Positions 53,003-64,000 of a stretch of 64,000 nt of DNA are shown here, one piece after another. Positions within the stretch are counted from its first letter, which is position 1. Every line of letters starts with the position of its first letter. The DNA is from Octopus vulgaris (lineage: Eukaryota), in the NCBI GenBank assembly GCA_951406725.2, contig OX597817.1, positions 136,834,001 to 136,898,000 on the forward strand, written 5' to 3'. The notes beneath the pieces are model-generated. The model had not been told where the DNA came from. It ran no database searches and saw only the letters and a list, made by a program, of their open reading frames with translations. A program made the translations under genes and the position numbers.

Positions 53003-55893
53003 CACATACAAGCATGTATGGGTAAAGGACATCACCAATAGTGCAAATAACATGAAATATTGCTAACAAAGGAGTTAAATACGCAAACAATGAGAAAAAA
53101 ATTGGAAAACAACCCATGTTTATTTGTTCTGTTTTCTAATTTTTTTTCTCATTTTTTATGTATTTAACTCGTTTGTTTACATATTTCATGTTATTTACAC
53201 TGTTGGTACCCATATATGCTTGGTACCATATATATTATTTACTATCTATTATATATATATATATAAATTCAGTGTATTAATGGCCACTTCTCCCTGCCCA
53301 CATGGGTTGGATAGAGTTTGTTGAGCCAAATTCCTTCCTGTCACCTCACCTGTTTCCAGGTAAAGTAATATTATTCCCATGGCCTGGCATGTCTCAGAAG
53401 AAGGGAAACAAAGGACACCACTTCTTAATTCCACCTCAAATCATTTATTTGCATGTATATATCTTTGTTTTTATATAAAAAAAAAGCCAACACTTTTATA
53501 TCTAGTGTGCATTCTCATTATTTCTTTTTATTCGCCCCCCCCTATCTATACCATCTGTAAGTCATTTTTCTTTGAAACCTCTTTCTATTATATATATATA
53601 CCTTTCTTAACTAATTAAATAATGGCTTTTCAGCACCAAAGACATACTTCTTGTTTTTCCTCCATATTCTTATTGTATATATATACATTAAATTATGCTT
53701 TACCTTTTAAATTACCTGCTGCTGTATACCTTATACCAAGGACCATACTTACTTAGGTAATTACCAGCAGTGCCTTTGGATACATTTATCCCTTAGAGGG
53801 TTTAAATGCCTCTAGCTTATACCTTACATAATATATGTGTGTGTGTATATATATATATGTATGTATGTGTGTGTGTTGCACAAGTTTGTTTCAGTTTCAG
53901 CTTTTGTCAGTCTGGAGTTAGGGTATAAGGACATGTGCCCAAGGTGCCGCACTGTGGCATTGGACCTGAAGTCGTGTAGTTGAGAAGTAAACTTCTTATG
54001 ACACATCTAATTTCCAATGCTTGCCTGGGTCATATTGAATTTCTGGAGGTGGATTTTCCCTGACTGGATGCCCTTTCTGTTGCTAACCCTCACCCGTTTC
54101 CAAGTCAGGTAATATTTTCCTTTGGCCAAAATTAGAAATGAACAACCTTGCTTGTATGAAACGGATGTTTGTTTACAACTGTCATGTGTTGTCAAGACAA
54201 GGGTACATACAACACACATGCACATCTGCACACATATATATATATGATAGGCTTCATGCAGTTTCCATCTGACAGGAATTAGATCGAGAGACAGTGTGAC
54301 TTGGGGCTACAGTTGATCTCACACTCGCCCATGGCAACACAAAGTCAGTCTGAAACTACTTGGTTGGGAAGCAAATTTCTTAACGCCCCCCCCCCCCACA
54401 CACACACACTGAGGCTACCACACAGTTTCCATGTACCAGATTCACTTTCGAGGCATGGGTGGCCCAGGACTATATTAGAAAACACTTGCCCGGAATGCCA
54501 TGCAATGTGACTGAACTCCAAACTACATGGGTGCAAAGTGTCTCAAGGGAATACAGTACCAGTTCTAGAAAGTGGTAAACAGCTGTGTGTGTTTGTATAT
54601 GAAAGTATAGCTGTGTGGTTAAGTAGTTCACTTTGTAACCAAGTGGCTTTGGGTTCAGTCCCACCATGTGGTATCATGGGCAGGTTTCATTTATTATAGT
54701 CTGAAGCTGACCAAAGGCTCGTGAGTGAATTTGGTTGACAGATACTGAAATATATATATATATAAAGGAATACCAAAAATGGGACAAGAACGCAAAACAT
54801 CCAGACAGTTAGGTGATACAAGAAAGGGACAACAAAAAAACTTCCTGACAGACGATACAAAAAAATAAGGACAGGTCATTTGGGGTTTTCTTTCTTCAGT
54901 CGAGTTCCAGATTATCTTTGCAATTTTGGCTGGTTATACTCGAGATTGCTCTAATCTGGCCAATCATCATTGTTTAATGTCTGCCTCCAATGCTGGCATG
55001 GCTGGGACTGTATACACACATTTGTGTCTTTTGGTTTCCTTGTCTTGGCATTGTGTGACAGCTGTTAAATGAGCATGACTGTCATAGAAGCAGTCGCCTT
55101 TGTTTCCAGTCTTCTGTGAAAGTATGTCTGGCCATGGGGGAAATTACTTTGCTTAGAAATATGTGTGGGTTGGCAAGAGGGAGGGCATCTGGCTGTAGAA
55201 AATCTGCTTCAACAGAATTCCTTTGCATCGATGCAAGCATAGAAAAGTGGGTGTTGATATGATGATGATGATGATGATGACTACAACCCAAACCTTGTCT
55301 GTGAAACTGGGAGGAAAGAAATTGTATAGAAGTCCTCACCAGGTTGATTGAATCTGTAATCCAAAGTTGCAGCCATGTCACACTGTGTTGCATTGATTCT
55401 ACATCAAGACTACACGTGCCTGTGGAGTACTCAGCCACTTGTATGTTAATTCAGTGAGTAGGTTATTCATTTGACTGAGGAAAGTGGATACTCCTACATC
55501 CAAATTAATGGCAGAGTTCATTATATATATCATGGGAACTGCCTTCCTTATCTCTCCCTCTCTCCTTCTCTCTCTCTCTCTCTTTCACTACCACTCTACT
55601 TCCCTTTCCAACTGGGGTATCCATGTATCTACAGCAAGACTCTGTCCCTCTATATCTCTGTCCCTCTGTACCTTTAATCTCTCAACTGGTACAACGTCCC
55701 CACCCCTAATATTTCTTCCTCTGCCAGTTGAAGGGTTTTTGCCTTTTTTGTTTAGCAAGGTACTTGATGACCCTGTTTGTGCTGGTGTCTCATAAAATGC
55801 ACTGAAGCTGGTGCCATGTAAAAAGCACCCAGTGCCCTCTGTGAAGTGGCTGGTGTTAGGAAGGGCATCCAGCTGTAGAAACCATACCAAAAA

Positions 55894-57162
55894 AGGATCT
55901 AGTCTGTCTCATTCGCAAATTGAGCCCCCCTTAATGTTGCTCAGATTGTTTTCAATTTTGGTGTATCAATGCAACTCTAAATTTTGATTAAGATCAACCA
56001 GTTACTTGTAAATTAAAGAATCTACTGTTATTTGGCATCAAAGTTGGGAAATTTGGGTAATTTTAGCCAATCAACTGACAGCATGGCATTACCATGACAA
56101 CCACATGCTGTGTTGTGGTTCAGTGTTGTCTGTGCTGCTATTGTCTGTGTTGATTCTTCACACTATGAGATTCTTTTCACTTCCTTGATTTGTTTTAATT
56201 TTTCTGTGTGTTAGTATCTTAATGTGTTTTTTTCTCTGTGTTTGTATGTTTACATAGTTTTCATTTCATATATTTTTGGGACTCATTGACTCAGATTGCT
56301 GGATTTATGAGTTCACTAGGTTAATTCTGATCATAAAAATTTAAATTAGGAGTATTTGTTAAACCACCAGCTTCACATTTCAACAGCTCAACTGAAATTT
56401 AGCACACATAACAGGAACTGAGAGGCATATCATGGAACAGAGAAACTATGGGTGATACAGATAATTTGACATTATTTTTTAATTCTGCATGCAAAAACAT
56501 ATAAAATACAGATATTCTTTTCCTTGGGACAAATTCTTCATTGACCAGTGTTATTCTTATTGTAGTTTACAAATCCATGCATGAAAATGTTACTTTGGAG
56601 TTTTGGAGACAGATGCCCCCCTTCACACACATACACACACACACACATGAATGCATAAATGTACGTATAAACTTATATATAAATACATACCTCCACATGC
56701 ACTTATATATTAATGATGTACACAAATACATGACAGGTATACATATTACTGAAATACGCATAAAGGAAACACACACAGACAAATATATTAATATAACAAA
56801 TTAAAAAAATAATAAAACCATACAACCAATGAAGAGACAAAAGAAACAGTAGGTATTTCTGTTTCCTTAGAAACTTACAATGAACAGGTCAGATGCTAAA
56901 CTCTAAATTTCACTGGATATACCCTTAAAGTTGACACTGCTCTACCAAATGCAGAAAATTTCTGTCTCGCTATTGGCTAAAAATATACAGTTTTTTTTTT
57001 TATTTTTAAACCCCTGTAACATTTTTCTCCAATTTTTTTCCTTCTCAACATCATACCTTCAAAGCGATGAAACTGGAAGGCTACATTATTATAGCTGATT
57101 TTCAGATTTTTTTATTGCCTTTTAAAAAATACATATTTTGCAACTGAAAAAAACTAGATCCC
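55894..57162. mobile_element. Older related TIR element (GGATCTAGT ends) nested inside a (GAT)n-tailed retroposon
   Basis: Left GGATCTAGTCTGTCTCATTCGCAAA vs right-end reverse complement GGATCTAGTTTTTTTCAGTTGCAAA; shares atttgggtaattttagccaatca with the 45482 element; host repeat resumes at 57163. Confidence 0.6.
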
Positions 57163-57929
57163 CACAAAAGATTATGGAGCCTGGTACAGCTTCCAGCCTT
57201 GCCAACTCCTGTTGAATCATCCAACCATGTCAGTATGGAAAACAAATGTTAAATGATGATGATGATGGAGAGTCCATTAAATATAAATATATATATACAT
57301 AATAGGAGAGTCCATTAAATATACAAACAAAAAATTGTGTCAAACAAACGAGAAAGAACATGAAAGACTGTTTTTTTGTTTTGTTATTTTATTGTGTTTG
57401 TGAATCTTGCTGTTATGCTAGGATGCTTTTGTTGGTGAGGATATTGTTTTTTTTCCAAAGTTAGGGAATTTTAATGACTTGTTTGTTTGTGTGTGAAATT
57501 ATCTGTAAAACTAATTAAGGACATATTTGTTTTTAGAGGAATTTAGGAGTGTCTGATTTGTAAGTAGTGTTTCACGGTTGAATGGTTTTTGCTTATGTGT
57601 TTGGGATTTTGTTTTGTGGTCAAGAATGAAGGATTCTTTTAAGGAGTGGAGAGTTTGGTAAGGTTTATTGAATTGTTTGTTAAATTAATTAACGATTTTG
57701 TTTGTTTATTTCAGTGGAGAGCTTGTTTTCTTTTTAATTGTAAATCTTTTGGCACATTTATATGTTGTGGTCAAAGCTTGTTTTTGCTTTGTCTTCTGTG
57801 TGAGTGAGTGAGTGTGTGTGTATGTGTGTGTGTCAGTGGTTATGCTATTCAGTGTTTATACACAAACACATATTATTTAACTATATACCCTACTTGAGAG
57901 AGGGGGAGAGAGAGAGATAGTTGTGTGTA

Positions 57930-57983
<54 letters not shown>

Positions 57984-59526
57984 CACACACATATATATAT
58001 ACACTACATTGACAGAAATAGAAAACATTTGTAAAAGTTCAAGTAAAACAACAAGCTATTTTTTGTTCTTTTTTTTTAAATAAAGGTTAACACACAATAA
58101 ACCAAAGTTGGTGGTTATTGCCTGGAATTGTATATAATGTTAGATTTTATTGCTGTAAATCAACAAAAATACTTTTGATGTGGACCGAGAAATGTCCTTC
58201 TAATTACAATCTTGTTGATTGGATTTTCAAATTATTTTTATGTGGTTTGACTTGGAAATTGTTTGTGAGGTTTCTCTTCTATTGCATTCTACTTGAAACA
58301 TTTTACAATTTATTGCACACTTTTTACAAATTCATGTTTAATATACTTTCTGTGTGTAGAGAGAGAATTTATGTGAATATAGTTCAGAGAGCAGCAAAAT
58401 GGAGATTTGCTTGTGTTGTGCACCAAGGAGATCAAAGGTGTGAGGTGTTCCAAGTTGCAAAACAATGTTTTGGGGTGAATCAAAATGTTGGGAAAAGGTG
58501 CATCCAAAATGATAGTGGTGCACTTCCTCAAACTGACAAAGAATGATAAGAAAGAGAAGCCTGCAGGTGTCACTATGATAGGTTGTTGAATGTGGATAAT
58601 CTTTGGAAGGATTATCCCAAAGTTTGCCCAACTGAGAGACCAGCTTTTGGGGTTGATATTCATAGGATCAAAAAGGCCATTAAGGACAAAGTTGGGGGAA
58701 ACTGCTTGTTGATCTAGTTGTTGAGATCTATTATCTTGTCTCATTTACTTGTTTCAGTCATTGGATTCTGGCCCTGCTGGAGCACTGCCTTAAAAGGTTC
58801 AGTCACATTGGCCTTAGTAGTTATTTTCTTTTTCATAGTTTGGTGCTTGTTCTATTGGTGTCTTTTGCCTAACTGCTAAGTTACATGAATATAAACAAAC
58901 TAACACCAGTTGTAAGTGGTGGTGGTGGAGGGGGGGAAACACAAAGACAAACATAAATATATATTTTATTTCTTGTATTCTTTAATTCTTTAACTTGTTT
59001 CAGTCATTTGGCTGTGGCCATGCTGGTACACTGCATTTAGTCAAACAAATCGACCCCAGGATCTATTCTTTGTAAGCCAAGTACTTATTCTATCGGTCTC
59101 TAAGTTACAGGGACATAAACACACCAACATCAGTCATCAAGTGATAGTGGTGGAGACAAACACAGATGCACATATACATACATATGTGCATACATACATA
59201 CATACAATGGGCTTCTTTCAGTTTCCGTCTACAAATCCACTTACGGCCTGAGGCTATAGTAGAAGGTGCCACACAGTGGGACTAAACCCAGAACCATGTG
59301 GTTGGGGAGCAAGCTTCTTACCACACAGTCACTCCTGCACCTAGAAATGAGCTTCTTTCAGTGTCCATCTACCACATCTACTTACAAGGCCTTGGCTGGC
59401 CCTAGGCTGTAATAGCAGATGCTACTCACTGGGACTGAATCCAAAAAGCATGTGGTTGAAAAACAAACTTCCTCCCACCCAGCCATGCTTGCATCTATGT
59501 ATTTATATTGTCATTATATAACTTTA

Positions 59527-59740
59527 AGGTGGTGAGCTGGCAGAATTGTTAGCACGCCAGGCGAAATGTTTAGCGATATTTCGTCTGCTATTATGTTCAA
59601 ATTCCGCCAAGGTTGACTTTACCTTTCATCCTTTCGGAGTCGTTTAATAAGTACCAGTTATGCACTGGGGTCGATGTAATTGACTTAATCCCTTTGTTTG
59701 TCCCTTCCGGTTTAGCCTCCTGTGGGTAATAAAGAAATAA
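59527..59740 (+). mobile_element. tRNA-derived SINE with a Nin/Deu-domain-like core; + copies at 19755-19890, 23825-23922, 47140-47370, 59755-59900; - copies at 5820-6000, 28520-28725, 41000-41210, 42215-42420
   Basis: Head ggtgagctggcagaa...gttcaaattcc followed by cctttcatcctttcggagtcg...aataagtaccag; the domain assignment is from recall only. Confidence 0.65.
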
Positions 59741-60349
59741 ATCTATAACTTTGACCTGGCAGTGTCATTAGCACAGCAGGCAAAATGCTTAGCAGCATTT
59801 CACCCATCTTTACCATTGTGAGTTCAAATTCCACTGAGGTTGACTTTGTCTTTCATCTTTTTTGGGTCAGTAAAAGAAATACCAGTTGAGCGCTGGGATT
59901 GATGTCAGTGGCACATAAAAAGCACCCACTACACTCTCGGAGTGGTTTGGCGTTGGGAAGGGCACCCAGACGTAGAGACCCTGCCAAATCAGATTGGAAC
60001 CTAGTGCAGCTCTTCCCCTCTGGAGGTGCTTACCAGTTTTCAGTCAAACCGTCCAACCTGTGTCACAATGGAAAGCGGACATCAAATGATGATGATGATT
60101 TATCTCGTCCCCTTGAAATTGCTGGCCTTGTATCAAACTACAAAACCAATATAGGAAAGATGATTTTAACCTAATATATATTCCCTAACCCAGCTGAAAT
60201 TATTGGTGACTTTAATTTCTCTCTCTCTCCTAAAAACAAACATACACACTGTGTATGATTTACAGTTCCCAATTATCTAAACAAAACAACAAAAAAAAAC
60301 GGAAGAATATATTTTTGTGTAAAGTTTCCTGAAATACCATACATATATA

Positions 60350-60497
60350 TATATATGCTGGAGTGGTAAGAAGGTTGCTTCCCAACCACATGGTTCCAGG
60401 TTCAGTCTCACTGCATGGCACCTTGGGCAAGTGTCTTCTACTATAGCCTCAGGCCAACCAAAACTGGATTTGGTAGATGGAAACTGAAAGAAGCCTG

Positions 60498-60547
<50 letters not shown>

Positions 60548-61100
60548 ATTTATTTGTGTGTCTGTGTTTGTCACCCCACCATCACTTGACAGCCAATGTC
60601 AGTGTGTTCATGTCGCTGTAACTTAGCTGTTTGGCAAAAGTGACCGATAGATTAAGTACTAAGCTGACAAAGAATATAAGTCCTGGAGTTAGTTTGTTTG
60701 ACTAAAGGCAGTGCTCCAGCATAGTCACTGAAAAATGACTGAAACAAGTTAAAGAATTAAAGAATATATATAGGCACATGGCTGTGTGGTAAGAAGCTTG
60801 CTTCCCAACTACATGGTTCCAGGTTCAGTCCCAACCAAAGCCTTGTGAATGGATTTGGTACATGGAAATTGAAAGAAGCCTGTCGTATATGTATGTGTGT
60901 GTGCATCTGTGTGTGTCTTCATGTCTGTATCCCGCCGACTGTTTGACAACCAATGTTGGTGTGTTTACATCCCTGTGACCTCGTGCTTCAGCAAAACAAC
61001 CAATAAAATATGTACCAGACTTTGAAAAAATAGTGTTAGGTTTGGTTTCACTTCCCCAAACTGGTCACAGGCAAATGGCTGGAATAAGTAAAAGATAAAA
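60350..61100 (+). mobile_element. Cluster of composite SINE-like repeats; related copies at 21460-21620, 34155-34460, 38140-38300, 48211-48665, 54600-54750 and 58745-59470
   Basis: Recurrent blocks gtggtaagaagcttgcttcccaaccacatggttcc, gatttggtagatggaaactgaaagaagcc, and taacttagc..ttcagcaaaa...gtgctccagcatggc..cagtc.aatgactgaaacaagt. Confidence 0.7.
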
Positions 61101-63384
61101 GATATGTATTGGTGTATATTATTGTTAAATATGTTTCCAATTTGTAGATTTTTCCCATCCCTTTATTGTAGACAGAAGCCAACACTCCATGTTTCAAGAT
61201 CAACCAAACGTCTTGAATCTTCCCAACATATTCTCCTAACAATTAAAAAGTCAATCTATTGGTTATTAAACGCTCACAATACACTATGATTACTCTTGTG
61301 GAAATACAATACCTTTCTGCTATTGATTAACAAACAGTTAATGCATTGAGATTTATACCTCTGTTTTAATTTGAGGAAATATTCTTCCTAGAACCAATCT
61401 CTTAAAATAGTGTGATTTTTGTTTTTTTATTTTTTGTTTTGATTCCTCTCACTGGAAATATTAGAAAGTCTCCCTATTTTTTCTTTCCCCAATTTCTTAT
61501 AAGTAGAATAAATTTTTAGCACTAAGCAACACCAACATAGTCAGTTGTGTAACATTGGTATGGCTGGAAGATTTAATGGAAGGATTTAATGTTTTTAACA
61601 ATTTTGAAATGACTTTGTCACAGATTCCCCATTCTGTGTTTGCTATTGAGGTTAAATTAACTAATTGTTTTTAACATCAACATTTCCTTTTTAATTAGTT
61701 TTCATTTAAAATACTGCAGCAGCACAGTTGTTCGGCCACATCTTCCAGCCAGCCAGATTCCCTGTATGTAAACTGTCTGACATTTTAATTAATGCTGCTC
61801 TATAATTAACTATTTTTGTCTTCAGTTTGTGAATATCTTCCTCCTGTCTTTTACCTGATTCTACTTTCTGAATTTAGGTAACTTTATTTTGTGAAACTTT
61901 TCACTTTTTAGTAAACTGGTTTAATTCTATCAAATTGACCTTTGTTAATGGTTTATTTAGGATTAATTCTTATGTTGGGCAAAAACAACATTACCACGGC
62001 AACTTTATACAATATTTTCATGATTTATCATCTTTGATCAGTAATTTAGTCTACTAACAGACTTAGAAGACTTAGAAAATGTACGCTCACAACCTAGTTT
62101 GCTCTTTTTATTTTTGTTGGAATTCCTTGTGGCACAGTGAGGGCAAGTCATTTTGGAAAGGAATGCTGGTTTTGACGACTGGGTTTGTTGTTGTCTCCTG
62201 GTTCTTCATTTCTTATAAGAAAAATCCAGACTATATTGGGTGCAAGTTTCTCATCTGTTAAAGTCTCCAGATTATGAATTTTGTGGTATGACTGGAAGTA
62301 AGGGAGGGTTGGGGCAGGTGATGACTGACAGAGCACAAAAAGATATGCAGAATAGTAATAATGATGCAGTCAGGCAAAAGATTAGGGAGGAGAGAAAGCG
62401 AGAGAGATGATATGTGGTTGGGTAAGTTGCTGGAATATATGGGCAAAGTGGCAAGCATAGCACATTAAGAAAGTAAAAGATATTTGGTGGAGGGGGAGGG
62501 AGAGTTAATCTGGTGGCATAGTGGGAGAAGAGTGATCAATGTAAAGTGTGAGTGGAGAGAACAGTATGAATAGACGAAGGATAGATAACAAGTGAAATGG
62601 TTCTGGGGTGTCAGAAAAATAAATGTTATGAAGGAAGAGCTGCAGTTAGAGAGATACTGGGTGGTGTGGGTGTTTTGCTGAGAAAATAAATTTTAAAATC
62701 ATTCTTTAAATTAACTTGAAAAATAAATTTTACCAAGAAATTGTTTCAAGTTACAGGAGGAGGCAAGCTAGCACTGTTATCCACACCTTCCCATTCAGAC
62801 TAGTTCACATCAGTTAAGCCACAAAACATCATCTGGAGACAAATGGCTGTTGCACTAATTACCTCCACACTGTAAATGTGTCTTCATTAGAAATCAATTA
62901 GCATCAAATCGTAGGAGGTAGGGGTTGAAGTTTAGTTTAACGAGTTCTCTTTAACAAAAGAATCCAAGTAAAAAATTTTTTGGTAAAATGTGAGAATGTT
63001 TTGACAACAAGAGCAAAAAAAAAAAGTGTGAATGGCAGCCACAATATGTTTAGTGGGAAATTTTTGACCTATGTAGCGGTGGTGGAGGTGGTGGTGCAGC
63101 TATAGATAATGCTAACCTAATTGTTATGCACTGTTGCTATGAGACATAATCTACAATATAGAAACGTATGACAGGATGTCCACCAGTGTTGGGCATCCGG
63201 TTCTATTACCAGGTCAATTTCATGTTTTTCTGATGGTTGCTGAAATCGTTTCTCTACATCTCTCTCTCTCTCTCTTTCTCTTCCCACAAACTGAACTTCA
63301 TCTCCCACTAACCCCCCACCCCTTACCGCTCTCACTCTCACTCCTTTTCTCTCCTTGTTACTCCTGATCTCTTTTCTTTCACGC

Positions 63385-63733
63385 ACATGTGCGTGTACAT
63401 ACACATGCACACCTAAATATGTGTGGGCAGATGTGTTTGTATATACATGTGTGCGTGTGTGTGCATGTATGTATATACATATGTATATCTGTATATATGT
63501 ATGTATATATATATATATTTATTTCTGTGTATATGTATATACTTGTGTGTGTGTGTATATGCATGTATATATTTGTGTGTGTGTGTGTGTGTAAATATTT
63601 TTGTGTGTATATACATATATATGTATGTATATATTTTTGTGTGCCTGTATGTGTGTGTGTGTATATATATATATGAATATATTTCTGTGTGCATACATAT
63701 GTTTGTATATATTTTTGTGTGTGTATATATATA
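63385..63733. repeat. (TG/TA)n compound simple repeat
   Basis: Direct reading. Confidence 0.9.
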
Positions 63734-64000
63734 TCATCGTCATCATTTAATGTCCACTTTCCATGCTGGCATGGGTTGGACGGTTTGACTGAGGGCTGGC
63801 GAGCCAGAAGGCTGCACCAAGCTCCAATCTGATCTGGCAACGTTTCTACAGCGGGATGCCCTTCTTAGCACCAACCACTCTGAGAATGCAGTGGGTGCTT
63901 TTACGTGCCACCGGCACGAGGGCCAGTCTGGCGGTACTGGCATCGGCCATGCTCAAATGGTGCTTTTTACATGCCACCTGCACAGGAGCCAGTCTGGCAG

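Noticed and set aside
52263-64000. Forkhead-domain exons
   Set aside because: No RPPFTY or WKNAVRHNL coding sequence found by eye; they presumably lie downstream of the window

Overview
AT-rich, CpG-depleted, microsatellite- and SINE-dense eukaryotic DNA, most consistent with an octopus (coleoid cephalopod) genome. That assignment is inferred from the repeat families and the protein sequence. The whole window lies inside one + strand gene, a FoxP (FOXP1/2/4-type) transcription factor. Six GT-AG exons join in frame (13655-14002, 18963-19281, 39589-39822, 41382-41532, 46888-46975, 52185-52262; 1218 nt, 406 aa). They encode the Q-rich N-terminus, the SPAEIQQLWKEV motif, the C2H2 zinc finger and the leucine zipper. 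No start exon or forkhead domain was found in the window. The introns hold degraded LINEs (RTE-like, R4/Dong-like), many tRNA-derived SINEs and several MITEs (Tc1/pogo-like, piggyBac-like, and a GGGAYC-ended foldback family). The most notable non-coding signals are a tandem pair of minimal hammerhead-ribozyme-like motifs, a 142-nt near-perfect hairpin, a 946-bp foldback element beside the zinc-finger exon, a CpG-retaining patch that may be an internal promoter, and candidate unannotated small exons. Most ORFs in the supplied track are simple-repeat artefacts. Nothing here demonstrates a new biological system; the findings are testable leads.
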